Positions 8,838-18,587 of a stretch of 64,000 nt of DNA are shown here, in pieces. Numbering within the stretch: the first letter of the stretch is position 1; the number at the start of each line of letters is the position of its first letter. The DNA lies in NCBI GenBank assembly GCA_052035405.1, contig JBPOHQ010000008.1, forward strand, positions 32,893-96,892, read 5' to 3'. The notes under the pieces were generated by a model. That model made no database searches. It was not told where the DNA came from and saw nothing but the letters and a program-made list of their open reading frames with translations. The stretch comes from Candidatus Nomurabacteria bacterium. GTDB taxonomy: Bacteria; Patescibacteriota; Minisyncoccia; Phycocordibacterales; UBA9973. Made by a program: the position numbers and the translations under genes.

Positions 8838-11243
8838 TTATCTTTTGTTGAAATAATATTCGTACGGATTTTTTGTCTTGAACGGTGAATTTATTCTTCG
8901 GGCATCGATAACTTTATTCTTGTAGTACTCGTATACGGTTAATTTATTTCCAGAGAGCCACAATTGATACGCAGATACATCAGGACGACTTACACGAATC
9001 TCTCTTAGGTCCGGACCTACGTATCCAAATGCTTTACCGAATACGTGTGCAAGGTCCCATGCGAATTGTTGCAAGTTGTCCCCCTCGGTGTAGCCATATT
9101 TTCTTTGGAATATTGGACTCTTTTTAATTCTTCTTGCGAAGACAGTCTCTACTCCTTCGTGATATCTGACAATATCATCATTGTCTGGTTCAAGAGTTTG
9201 TCCAATGATTGGTAAGTGTGGGCCAACAGGACCAACTGGTGTTGTATCTTGCCCATCCGGTATTCCATCATTATCATCATCAGTGTCTAAGTTGTTAGGT
9301 ATTCCATCTCCATCTGCATCATCATCGTCTACATTTGGTATACCGTCACCATCAAGATCTGTGTCTAAGGTGTTTGGCGTACCTCCTCCATCATAGTCTG
9401 TTGGAGTCCCAATTCCAGTAGGACTTCCGTCTAATAAATCAGGTATTCCATCATTGTCATCATCAGTATCAGTAGTATTAGGAATTCCATCTCCGTCAGT
9501 ATCATTGTCTAGGATGTTAGGAATTCCATCCCCGTCCATATCGGAATCTAGGATATTCGGTATTCCTCCACCGTCATAGTCAAAGGGTGTTCCTGTTGCC
9601 GTAGGACTACCATCAAGGAGATCCGGTATTCCATCATTGTCATCATCAGTATCAGTAGTATTAGGAATTCCATCTCCGTCAGTATCATTGTCTAGGATGT
9701 TAGGAATTCCATCCCCGTCTATATCAGAGTCAACAGTATTTAAAAAGCCATCCCCGTCAAAATCTGTAGGGTTCCCTCCATTAGTATTTCCGTCGCCATT
9801 TGGATTTGTTCCGTTTCCATTTCCATTTCCACTATCACTTCCTGTGCCATCATCTCCAACTCCATCGTCTCCAGGATTTCCATCGTCTCCGTTTCCTGTA
9901 TCGGTATACCCACCTGTTTCATTTGGTCCGTTTCCATTATTGTTTCCGCCAGTATTGTTACCACCAGTATTTCCTCCTCCTGGGTCATTTGGTCCACCTG
10001 GATCTATTGCTGGATCATTTCCATAATCAATGTTGTTTCCATTACCGTCGTTTCCTACACCGTTGCCAGGATTATATGGAGTTCCGATATAATCAACAGC
10101 ATCAGTCAGTCTAGTTTTAAAATCCAAAGTAGCACCATAAAATGTTTGTGTTGGACTACTACTGCCTGTTGTGTTTATTGTTTCAGCTACTGCACGGACA
10201 TTGTAAGGAGTGTTTTTTGTTAAACCAGAAAGCTTAAAGCTCATGGTTCCATAACTTTTTGTTTCATGAGTCACTTCTCCAACTTTAATCCAATTTAACT
10301 CGCTCTCTTTTTTATATTCAAAAAATGTTTTTACTTTTCTACTGGAACCATAAGAACCCTTTAAAAAAGCAGATTTTGAAGTTATTTCTGAAGGAAAATA
10401 AGTTATCACAGAAGTATGAGGACAAGATTGACATGGGTCTGTGTGAAAAGTAACGACGCCACCATACTTTATTTCAGTTGGTTTGCGTGCATCATTTGAA
10501 ACAACAGCACAGTATGAATACAGTGTGTCTGGTTCTAAGTTCGTTACATTAGCAAAAAAATTTCCTCCACCAGAAACTTTTCCATAAGCATCTGGTACTG
10601 TTGAAATTATTCCTATCATCTGAGAACCAAATATTTCATTGCAGAAAATAGGTGGTTTGTCTACTCTAGACAATCTAAAGTATCCATAGGCCAAGGATCC
10701 AGTACCACCGACTGAACCCTTTAGTACAACATCAGTATCAGTAAGACCTGTTACTGTGTGGGTTGTTACACCGCTTATTTGATTTCCACTACCGCTACCA
10801 GTGCTTCCTCCACCAGAAGGTGGAGTGACAAGAGTTTTAAAGTTTTTTACACTACCATAATATACTTCACTTCCACCAAAATAAAGTTGATTTTGGTCTG
10901 TTGTTGCTACCGCACAGTAATAATAAGTTGTATCTTGTTGTAAGTTACCTATTTGCTGATTAAGAGTATTTAGTGTTCCTGTTGTTGATGTGTTAAAAGT
11001 AATTGTAGAACTAGAGTAAAAGTTTGTCATATTATAACAACTAGTACTAGCTACTGTTGTATATCTGAAATTAGCATATACAGGAAAATTGTTATAGTTT
11101 GTGACTGTTCCAGAAAGTGTAGCCTGTGTGTCAGTTATGTTTGATGCTGAGTTGGTGTTTACTATCATATACCCAAAAGTTATTGCTGGTACAAGCAATA
11201 ACAGTAGCATGAGTATTTTTTTGTATATTTTTTTACCGTACAC
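8838..11243 (-). CDS. Secreted surface protein with fibronectin-III-like domains, a Gly/Asn linker and thrombospondin-type-3 Ca-binding repeats
   Basis: Signal peptide; three FnIII-like units (L..DT.YYYCAVA, LEPDTLYSYCAV, LTKNTPYNVRAVA); many D.DGDGIPN..D.D repeats. Confidence 0.8.
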   Translation of the reverse strand: MYGKKIYKKILMLLLLLVPAITFGYMIVNTNSASNITDTQATLSGTVTNYNNFPVYANFRYTTVASTSCYNMTNFYSSSTITFNTSTTGTLNTLNQQIGNLQQDTTYYYCAVATTDQNQLYFGGSEVYYGSVKNFKTLVTPPSGGGSTGSGSGNQISGVTTHTVTGLTDTDVVLKGSVGGTGSLAYGYFRLSRVDKPPIFCNEIFGSQMIGIISTVPDAYGKVSGGGNFFANVTNLEPDTLYSYCAVVSNDARKPTEIKYGGVVTFHTDPCQSCPHTSVITYFPSEITSKSAFLKGSYGSSRKVKTFFEYKKESELNWIKVGEVTHETKSYGTMSFKLSGLTKNTPYNVRAVAETINTTGSSSPTQTFYGATLDFKTRLTDAVDYIGTPYNPGNGVGNDGNGNNIDYGNDPAIDPGGPNDPGGGNTGGNNTGGNNNGNGPNETGGYTDTGNGDDGNPGDDGVGDDGTGSDSGNGNGNGTNPNGDGNTNGGNPTDFDGDGFLNTVDSDIDGDGIPNILDNDTDGDGIPNTTDTDDDNDGIPDLLDGSPTATGTPFDYDGGGIPNILDSDMDGDGIPNILDNDTDGDGIPNTTDTDDDNDGIPDLLDGSPTGIGTPTDYDGGGTPNTLDTDLDGDGIPNVDDDDADGDGIPNNLDTDDDNDGIPDGQDTTPVGPVGPHLPIIGQTLEPDNDDIVRYHEGVETVFARRIKKSPIFQRKYGYTEGDNLQQFAWDLAHVFGKAFGYVGPDLREIRVSRPDVSAYQLWLSGNKLTVYEYYKNKVIDARRINSPFKTKNPYEYYFNKR
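9442..9719. repeat. 95-bp perfect direct repeat (9442-9536 and 9625-9719), period 183 bp = 61 codons
   Basis: GGTATTCCATCATTGTCATCATCAGTATCAG...GGAATTCCATCCCCGTC is identical in both copies, inside the TSP3-repeat region. Confidence 0.85.
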
Positions 11244-11291
11244 TTTTTATTTTTTCTGTCTTATTTTGGTACTGTATATTTTAACACTTCT

Positions 11292-13874
11292 TTAATAAAT
11301 ACCGAACATTTTTTCAAACTTACGAGTCACAACTCCGCAAACATTTGCGTTGTATGGGCCAACTGGGTAAGACTCCAGTCCTCCAAGATCGGTAGTATTT
11401 CCAGTATCTTTGTCTATATTTGGCAGAGATATTTCCACCCATCCTACAAATTCAGGGCAAGTTGTAGGAGTTACTACCCAGTTATTGACGTACACACTAC
11501 CGTATAAGAATCCTTCGTTTGTGCTCCATGATTGAACTGCATTTTGACTCCATGGAGTTGTGGTGTTTGGATTTAATGGAGCTGTACTTTGTCCTGGTGC
11601 ACCGTATAGGTAATACACAGGAGTACCATAAGGTTGTCTTCTGTAGAATTTACTATAAACAGTATTGTTACTTGAATAAATATTTTTTACTTCTTCTTCA
11701 CACCCACCTGGGCCTTTCAACAGATCATCCCAGACGTACTTTTTTTGACTTTCAAGTTCTTTTAGTAAAGAGTCTGCTTTTGCTACATCATCTCCCGTAA
11801 CCATATCTTTGGTTAATCTTCCAAAGAAAGAAATCCAAGGTCTTAGATCATCCTCGTTTGCGTTTGCTCCACCGAGTGCCTCAATTGCTTCTTTTATTTG
11901 GACAAGTCTGACTACAACACTTTTCTTGAAGGTAATTTCTTCAAAATTATCTTCACCTATTTGTTCGTATCCAACTATTTTATTGTATTCATTGCGTGCT
12001 TCAGTTGTTACCAACGGCATAGGTGCTAAAGAATTTGCCCCACTGTTGTACATTTTGTAAATCTGTTTTCTGTATGTTTCAAAAGTGTTTTCTATAACAT
12101 TTCTTATTCCATCTTCATCTAGAACTTGGTCTTGTTCATTGTTATCACCGGCACCAATAGCACCATAAATGTGTACATCGTAGAGTTTACTAAGGTACGT
12201 TGCAACCTGCCTTTTTACTTGTCTTTCTTTTGAGTTTTCAAGTATTGCTGTAGCTATACCAGACACTATACCCGTAGGGTCAAATGCAGGGAGAAGATCA
12301 AGAAGGGGTGTTTCAAGTCCTACAGGGCTGTATTTTATGGTGTCATAGAAATTATCAACACTAGCTGCACTTTCCCAATCTGGACGTGGTCCAGGAATAC
12401 AGTAATCTAATTGTCTGATTGATTTTACTAACTCTGGAATTACTTCATTTTGTTTTTCTAATTTTTCTATGTAAATTCTTTGTTCATCAATGATTGCCTG
12501 ATTGAGATCTGTTCTGATGTTAAAATCAGGATGTTGTTCAAGCCAATCACTACCAAGTTGCCATGATGGAAAATCTCTTTCTGTTTGTGGATCTGAGTAA
12601 CCACTTGCAGAAGCCGCATCGTTATCTAACACAAAAGCACCACCAGAACCTTCGTTTGAGAAATCAGCAAAACCTTTATTTGTAATATCGCTTGACCATT
12701 TATTTAATAGAGCATCAAGGATTGCCCCTATTGCATCATTTAAATCATCTGCATTTAGAAGATTATTATCAGGATAATTTATGGCTTTAGTTGCAGCCTG
12801 AGCCACCATTTGTCCTGGGGTAACATATTCCCATCTTTTACATATACCGATAATGTTTCCTGAGGAGTCTCTTTCTCCATCTATTAGGGCTTTTTGGTGC
12901 ATTTCTTTGGTTATACCTTCTGGTTCTGCACAACGTTCATCTCCAAGATATCCATTTGCTTGGTCGAGAGCTTTTTGAATTTTGGTAGCAGGTGAAGTTT
13001 GAGTACCTTCAAGTCTGAAGCGTAATTCATTTGACGCCATTAATTGGAAACCTAAAGGATTGTTTGCTGGTACCGAGGTTAAAGATCTCCAAGCATTCCA
13101 ACCACCTTTTGAAAAGTCTGAACTAAAAGTAATAGCATTATATTGTGGTGTTGTTTCAGCGATTAATTCATTTAAAGAATATTGAGCATTGTCTGCAAAT
13201 TTTCTATTGTAAGCGTTTACTTGATTTCTGAGCCAATTTTTTGCATAAGGATATTTTACTGGATCGTCTATTTCGAGTCCAAAAGCTCGTATTTCATTTT
13301 TTGCGATATCTTCAAAGAATTTTCCAGGGTTCTGTAAGAAAAGAGGCTTACCTTCAAAACCATTATTTATCCATGCCACAGTACTTAAAGTTATTTTTTG
13401 AAGCATGAGCTTTATTACCATTCTACCAATACTTTTCAGACAAGTGTCGTTTCTTGCTATGTCATCAACACCCTTTTGGGTTGCGGTGGCCTTATCAAGT
13501 GTTTTTTTTACGTCATTTTTTAACTCTTTTCCAACATCAACGCCAATAGTTTGAGAGTCAGAAACTGCATCAGAGGCTGTTTGTGCAAAACTACTAAGTG
13601 TACCTTTTACACCAAGAACCTCTCCGGCTTTTCCTAAATTTACTCCACCAAAAAGACTTTTTACCGCTCCAGTTATTTTACCCTTACATAACGGTAGTTG
13701 TTTTATTACAGGACCTACATTTTTTAGGTAACTACCTACACCATAAGAACCCCCACTGCTATATCCACCAGCACTCTGGGCATTTACATTTTCTACAAAT
13801 ATAAAATAGGGCGTAGACAAAAAGCTTACAATAAGAAGTGAAGTTATAAAATTTTTAAAATATTTTTTCCCCAC
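11292..13874 (-). CDS. Large secreted hypothetical protein of the T4SS-like locus
   Basis: 860-aa ORF, GTG start, signal peptide (..NVNAQ); STVAWINNGFEGKPLF, GGWNAW and C...TPG motifs seen in CPR T4SS-linked proteins. Confidence 0.7.
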   Translation of the reverse strand: MGKKYFKNFITSLLIVSFLSTPYFIFVENVNAQSAGGYSSGGSYGVGSYLKNVGPVIKQLPLCKGKITGAVKSLFGGVNLGKAGEVLGVKGTLSSFAQTASDAVSDSQTIGVDVGKELKNDVKKTLDKATATQKGVDDIARNDTCLKSIGRMVIKLMLQKITLSTVAWINNGFEGKPLFLQNPGKFFEDIAKNEIRAFGLEIDDPVKYPYAKNWLRNQVNAYNRKFADNAQYSLNELIAETTPQYNAITFSSDFSKGGWNAWRSLTSVPANNPLGFQLMASNELRFRLEGTQTSPATKIQKALDQANGYLGDERCAEPEGITKEMHQKALIDGERDSSGNIIGICKRWEYVTPGQMVAQAATKAINYPDNNLLNADDLNDAIGAILDALLNKWSSDITNKGFADFSNEGSGGAFVLDNDAASASGYSDPQTERDFPSWQLGSDWLEQHPDFNIRTDLNQAIIDEQRIYIEKLEKQNEVIPELVKSIRQLDYCIPGPRPDWESAASVDNFYDTIKYSPVGLETPLLDLLPAFDPTGIVSGIATAILENSKERQVKRQVATYLSKLYDVHIYGAIGAGDNNEQDQVLDEDGIRNVIENTFETYRKQIYKMYNSGANSLAPMPLVTTEARNEYNKIVGYEQIGEDNFEEITFKKSVVVRLVQIKEAIEALGGANANEDDLRPWISFFGRLTKDMVTGDDVAKADSLLKELESQKKYVWDDLLKGPGGCEEEVKNIYSSNNTVYSKFYRRQPYGTPVYYLYGAPGQSTAPLNPNTTTPWSQNAVQSWSTNEGFLYGSVYVNNWVVTPTTCPEFVGWVEISLPNIDKDTGNTTDLGGLESYPVGPYNANVCGVVTRKFEKMFGIY

Positions 13875-13955
13875 GTTTATTTTTATCTAGAAAGATAGAT
13901 AGTATTATTATACTCTGTTTTTACTTTAAATAAAGTAAAAATGTTTAAAAACAGA

Positions 13956-14894
13956 CTATTCTTGAAGTGAACCTTCTAATTCTTCTACTGCCGTTATTAA
14001 ATCATTACTGTATTTTTCATACTGAGAAAGTCCAGAGAGTCCAACGAGTGGGTCAGTGATGATTTTTGTCATGTTTAATACACTTATACCTGTATTGTTT
14101 GCACCATTTGCTATTGCAAGATGTATGTCTAATAAACCTGTTGGAACAGAAACTTTCATGACAGATTTACTAAAATCTTGATATGCTTGAGCTATTTTGA
14201 TTAGTTCTTGGTTTTGTCCTGTGTTTGTGCTTGTTGAAGAATATATAGATAAATCACTGTTTACTATATCCAACTCATCCCCTAATCCTTCTTTTTCGTA
14301 TTTTTGAAACAGGTTTTTCAATTCTCTGTAATATTCAACCCTATTGAATTCAGTGTCTTCTGTGTTTATGGTCGTTTCTGTATCTTTATATTTGTCTATA
14401 AGCGTAGGGTTTGCAATTCTTTGACCTAAAGCATCAGAAAATGCATTGATCGACTGGTTATCAACTTCTCCTGAGGCTTTCAAAGCTGTATAAGCACTGA
14501 AAAATTCTCTAGCAAATCTTTCTGTTTCTGTAAGTGTTAAATCATTTTTTTCTTGCTCTATGTCCAACTCTTTCTTTTTGTTTTTTACATATATGTTGTC
14601 TGGTATTCCGTTAAAAGTAACTTTCTTATTTTTATCTGTTCCCCAAAGTGCTTCTTCCCAGTCTAAAAGACCATCTCCATCAGTGTCTGTGTTTATAAGT
14701 CCTATAATTGTTTGATTTTCTACTTCTAGTCCATCTACCCCCTTTTTAGAATTAAAGCTTTCTTTTTTTGAAAAAATAAAAAATATTAAAAATAACACAC
14801 AAAATACCAACGCCCAAACGCCTATCATTTTTGTAAATTCTTTACTCGGTAAATATTTTCTGTATTTTTCTGGTATTTTAAATGAGTATTTCAT
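13956..14894 (-). CDS. Membrane-anchored protein with one TSP3-like Ca-binding motif
   Basis: N-terminal TM helix; DTDGDGLLDWEEALWGTD; helical C-terminus. Confidence 0.7.
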   Translation of the reverse strand: MKYSFKIPEKYRKYLPSKEFTKMIGVWALVFCVLFLIFFIFSKKESFNSKKGVDGLEVENQTIIGLINTDTDGDGLLDWEEALWGTDKNKKVTFNGIPDNIYVKNKKKELDIEQEKNDLTLTETERFAREFFSAYTALKASGEVDNQSINAFSDALGQRIANPTLIDKYKDTETTINTEDTEFNRVEYYRELKNLFQKYEKEGLGDELDIVNSDLSIYSSTSTNTGQNQELIKIAQAYQDFSKSVMKVSVPTGLLDIHLAIANGANNTGISVLNMTKIITDPLVGLSGLSQYEKYSNDLITAVEELEGSLQE

Positions 14895-15280
14895 TATTTT
14901 TTTGATGTACCCCAGATGGTTATGGTATCTAGGTTAACTGTTTCTTCTGATGGTGGTTCTATTCTTGTGCAGCTAACGGTTGTTTTACCCTGATATTTTC
15001 CTATAATTTTTTGACCACTATGTGCCGTTGTTCTCGTTTTAGACATTGTCAGTGCTGGTATGAAATATTCTTTAGGCATTCCCACTTTTTGGGGTTTTAT
15101 TTGTATTGTTGTTCCTACCACTATACAGGTATATCCTTGTTGTTCCAGTCTTTCTATGCTTTGTGCCTTTGGTTTTATTATTGTTCCACCAAAAACATTA
15201 CCAAAACCGGCTTGAGCAATATCCCAAAAAAGTAAAGAAATAAAAAGTATTAAAAAAGCATAGACCGTATTTTTCTGCAT
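14894..15280 (-). CDS. Small secreted hypothetical protein
   Basis: Signal peptide, FGG motif, two Cys; stop overlaps the next start (translational coupling). Confidence 0.65.
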   Translation of the reverse strand: MQKNTVYAFLILFISLLFWDIAQAGFGNVFGGTIIKPKAQSIERLEQQGYTCIVVGTTIQIKPQKVGMPKEYFIPALTMSKTRTTAHSGQKIIGKYQGKTTVSCTRIEPPSEETVNLDTITIWGTSKK

Positions 15281-15322
15281 TTATATATTATATCAATACT
15301 TGGTTAAAAGAAAAAGGAAAGT

Positions 15323-16108
15323 TTATTTTACAAGAGAAAGTAGTTTAATCCATTCTTCTAGACGTATATCCTCAGCTCGAGTGTTTTTTGTGAGTCCTAC
15401 CTTTTCTAAAATTTCTAACCAGTTGTTCTTTTTATATACACCCTTTAGGTTGCCAATCAGAACTTTTCTTTTATGTGCAAAACCAGCATGAATAATTCCC
15501 CAGAATTTTTCTTCTTTTATACTGTTATCAGTAAATAAATTTCTTGAGATTGAGTGTATTTTAATGACAGCAGAATCCACTTTCGGTGCTGGAGAAAAAT
15601 ATCTTGCGGGTACCTTCATTATCATCTTTGGTGTACCATAAGCTTTAACTGATACAGATAAAATACTTTCTTTTTTATCTTGTGCGACAATTCTTTTTGC
15701 TACTTCATGCTGCACCATAAGCACCATGAGCTCTGGCTGGTATATTTCTGTTAGAAATTTTTTTAAAATTGCACCGGTTATGTTGTATGGAATGTTTGCG
15801 ATTACCTTATATTTTTTTTCTTTTACGGAAAATAGGAGTATATCCTCTTCTAGTAATAGTAATTTCTTACTCATTATTTCTTCTTTAAATTTTTCTTGTA
15901 GAAATGCGAAAAGCTCTCGATCTTTTTCTATGGCAATGACGTGATCAGAGTTCTCCAGTAATCTTTCCGTAAGTGCTCCTTTTCCAGGACCTATTTCTAG
16001 GATTACATCTTCTTTTTTTATTTCTCCAGCTTTTATTATTTCCCTGAGTGCAAGTTCTGATTTCAAGAAATTTTGGCCGAGAGATTTTTTTGCTTTATGT
16101 ACTTTCAT
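15323..16108 (-). CDS. rsmA: 16S rRNA m6,2A dimethyltransferase
   Basis: KKSLGQNFL, LEIGPGKG, ANIPYNIT, MVQHEVA, PAPKVDSAV, F.HKRK. Confidence 0.95.
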   Translation of the reverse strand: MKVHKAKKSLGQNFLKSELALREIIKAGEIKKEDVILEIGPGKGALTERLLENSDHVIAIEKDRELFAFLQEKFKEEIMSKKLLLLEEDILLFSVKEKKYKVIANIPYNITGAILKKFLTEIYQPELMVLMVQHEVAKRIVAQDKKESILSVSVKAYGTPKMIMKVPARYFSPAPKVDSAVIKIHSISRNLFTDNSIKEEKFWGIIHAGFAHKRKVLIGNLKGVYKKNNWLEILEKVGLTKNTRAEDIRLEEWIKLLSLVK

Positions 16109-16119
16109 ATTATTTGAGT

Positions 16120-16211
16120 AAAGTTATAAAATTTTTGAATGGTCTGGCCGAGCCCGAAGCAGAATGCTAGGGCGAGGAGATCTGAGGACCTGAAAAAATT
16201 TTGATAACTTT
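16120..16211. repeat. 92-bp intergenic foldback element: AT-rich inverted ends around a GC-rich branched core
   Basis: AAAGTTAT-AAAATTTTT ... AAAAATTTT-G-ATAACTTT ends; internal GGTC/GACC, GCCC/GGGC and GCA/TGC pairings. Confidence 0.5.
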
Positions 16212-16219
16212 AGAAATGA

Positions 16220-18181
16220 TTAAATATAAATTGTTTTCACATTTGGATTCTCGTCTCCTCGCTCTATGATATCAGGTGGGATGTCAGATATAAACTCACT
16301 TGGGGAATTTATCTGTCTTGATCCGAAAATAGTTCTGAAATTTGCAAAGGATAAAAATAATTTTTCTTTTGCACGAGTAAGTGCCACATAAAAAAGTCTT
16401 CGCTCTTCTTCGCTGTCTTCAGTACTTTTACTATCACCTATTTTTGAATGTGGGAAGAGTCCGTCTTCAAGTCCGGTAATAAAAACGTATTTAAATTCAA
16501 GGCCTTTTGATGCATGCACTGTCATAAGTTTTACCCCATTTACTTTCTCCTTATTTTTTTCTTCAGCGAGCATGATGGAATCCTGATCTCCTGCAAGTGA
16601 AGCATCTTCCAAAAGTTTTTCTGCCCCCCGACCTCCTTCTAAGTTGTCATACTTTAATGCAAGGGTTACAAGCTCTTTTATATTTTCGAGTCTCTCAAGC
16701 CCTTCATCTCCTCCTTCTAATAATTCATTTTCAATTCCAGTTTTTTTAATGACTAGTTTTATGACGTTAGAGATTTTTTCGTTTTCAATACTGTTTTTTA
16801 TCTCACTGAGAAGTTCATAAAAAGAATTTATTTTTAACTGCATCTTTACTGGTAATCCTTCTCGGTCCCCTGAGAAAAGTTTTGCTAAGGTCGTCTTACC
16901 GATACCTCTCGCTGGGAAGTTTATAATTCTTTTTATGTCTGCTAAATTTTCAGGATTAAGTGCTGCTCGAAGATACGCGAGTGTGTCCTTGATTTCTTTT
17001 CTTTCAAAGAATTTTATTCCTAAGACTTGGTATGGAATGTTGTGTCTCAAGAGAGCTTCTTCTAGTATTCTAGATTGAAAATTTGCCCGATAGAGGATAG
17101 CTATTTCAGAGAGAATATTACTATCAGTGGAACTCGAAGACTTGTCCCACAGTTCCACTATCTTTGTCGCCACAAACTCTGCTTCATCACTTTCCTCTAT
17201 TGCTTCATAGAGAGAGATTTTTTCGCCTTGTGCATTTTTGGTAAATAGGTTTTTATCTGGACGGTATTTATTTTTCTTAATTACTTCATTTGCTGCTTCA
17301 AGAATATTTTGAGTTGAACGGTAATTCTCTTCAAGTGTAACAATCTTTGCTCCTGCGTAGTCTTTTTCAAAACTTAAAATATTTTTTAAATTTGCTCCAC
17401 GCCAAGAATAGATGTTTTGATCTGCATCTCCAACAACACAAATATTTTTATTGTTCTCTGCGAGTAATTTACTCATTAAGTATTGGACTTCATTCGTATC
17501 CTGATACTCATCTATGTGCACATAGTCCCATTTTTGTTGATAGTAGGTCCGGACTTGTTCATTTTCTTTCAATAGTTTTACTGCTTTTAGCAACAGGTCA
17601 TCGAAGTCGAGGCTGTTTCCTTCTGATTTTGCTTTTTCATATTTCCTCCAAACTTGTGCCACGATCTTGCCTAGATAGTCATTAGAATTCTCTACTCGTT
17701 CTTCGTAGTTTTCGAGTTTAGTAAATTTGCCTTTTTCTCGAGAAATAATATTTTTAATTTTTCTGGGTTCGTATTGTTTTGGATCGAGATTGAGTTCTTT
17801 GATGGCGTCTTTGACGATTGAAGTTGTGTCACTGTCGTCGAGGATAGTGAAGTACTTGGTGAGTCCAAGTAGCTGAGCGTTTTCTTTAATTATGTAGACA
17901 CCAAGACTATGAAAAGTAGACACAAAAGGAATCTGGTCTTGTCCTTTTGCGTTTTTCTCTATCTCTAGGATTACTCGTTCTCGCATTTCTTTTGCGGCCT
18001 TATTGGTAAAGGTTACAGCAAGGATTTTTTCTGGAGCAACGCCGTGTTTTATAAGGTTTACAATTCTATGAGTTATTGTTTTAGTCTTACCTGCTCCTGC
18101 TCCAGCGACGATGAGTAGTGGTCCATCTCGGTGTAGAGCTGCTTCTTTTTGTTTGTCATTGAGACCGTGTAGATGTTCCAT
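16220..18181 (-). CDS. pcrA: PcrA/UvrD superfamily I DNA helicase (probable start MEHL at 18181)
   Basis: LNDKQKEA, AGAGAGKT, TFTNKAA, DEYQDTN, VGDADQNIYSWRGA, NYRS, MTVHASKGLEF, EERRLFYVALTRA. Confidence 0.95.
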   Translation of the reverse strand: MEHLHGLNDKQKEAALHRDGPLLIVAGAGAGKTKTITHRIVNLIKHGVAPEKILAVTFTNKAAKEMRERVILEIEKNAKGQDQIPFVSTFHSLGVYIIKENAQLLGLTKYFTILDDSDTTSIVKDAIKELNLDPKQYEPRKIKNIISREKGKFTKLENYEERVENSNDYLGKIVAQVWRKYEKAKSEGNSLDFDDLLLKAVKLLKENEQVRTYYQQKWDYVHIDEYQDTNEVQYLMSKLLAENNKNICVVGDADQNIYSWRGANLKNILSFEKDYAGAKIVTLEENYRSTQNILEAANEVIKKNKYRPDKNLFTKNAQGEKISLYEAIEESDEAEFVATKIVELWDKSSSSTDSNILSEIAILYRANFQSRILEEALLRHNIPYQVLGIKFFERKEIKDTLAYLRAALNPENLADIKRIINFPARGIGKTTLAKLFSGDREGLPVKMQLKINSFYELLSEIKNSIENEKISNVIKLVIKKTGIENELLEGGDEGLERLENIKELVTLALKYDNLEGGRGAEKLLEDASLAGDQDSIMLAEEKNKEKVNGVKLMTVHASKGLEFKYVFITGLEDGLFPHSKIGDSKSTEDSEEERRLFYVALTRAKEKLFLSFANFRTIFGSRQINSPSEFISDIPPDIIERGDENPNVKTIYI

Positions 18182-18205
18182 GACATTAAATATATCACAC
18201 AAACT

Positions 18206-18242
18206 AAAAGTAGCCTCGATGAGTAACATCGAGGCTACTTTT
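18206..18242 (-). terminator. Intrinsic terminator
   Basis: AAAAGTAGCCTCGATG-agtaa-CATCGAGGCTACTTTT perfect hairpin after the stop of 18251..18577. Confidence 0.8.
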
Positions 18243-18250
18243 ATGAAATA

Positions 18251-18577
18251 TTATTTTATTTTACTCAATACTTCTCTTGCATCTTTTTTAAAACTTTCTC
18301 CTTCTTCGGCTACAATAGATAGAAAATTTGGTACTTTTGCAAAAAAGAATTCCATCAAATCTTCTGCAGGTACGTTCTTTTCAAGAAGTGCATCGTATTC
18401 AGCAAGGTCACCTTCTGACATTTTTGGTAGAATTCTTATAAGTACTGATTGAAAGATAAGTTTACCAATTTTATTGATAGATTCTTCTTGTTGTTCTTCT
18501 GGTAATTTGTCTATCTCAAACATCGTGATAATGTTTTCCCTTATTTCACTTTGAGCTTTTTTTGTATTTGTATCCAT
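18251..18577 (-). CDS. Small acidic helical protein (DUF5663-like, CPR-typical)
   Basis: LPEEQQEE..NKIGKLIFQSVLIRIL and VPNFLSIVAEE pattern. Confidence 0.6.
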   Translation of the reverse strand: MDTNTKKAQSEIRENIITMFEIDKLPEEQQEESINKIGKLIFQSVLIRILPKMSEGDLAEYDALLEKNVPAEDLMEFFFAKVPNFLSIVAEEGESFKKDAREVLSKIK

Positions 18578-18587
18578 GATTGTTATG

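Noticed and set aside
16182-16196. CTGAGGA...GAAA as a hammerhead ribozyme core
   Set aside because: Only 3 nt between the motifs, so no stem II, and no matching stems I/III or cleavage triplet.
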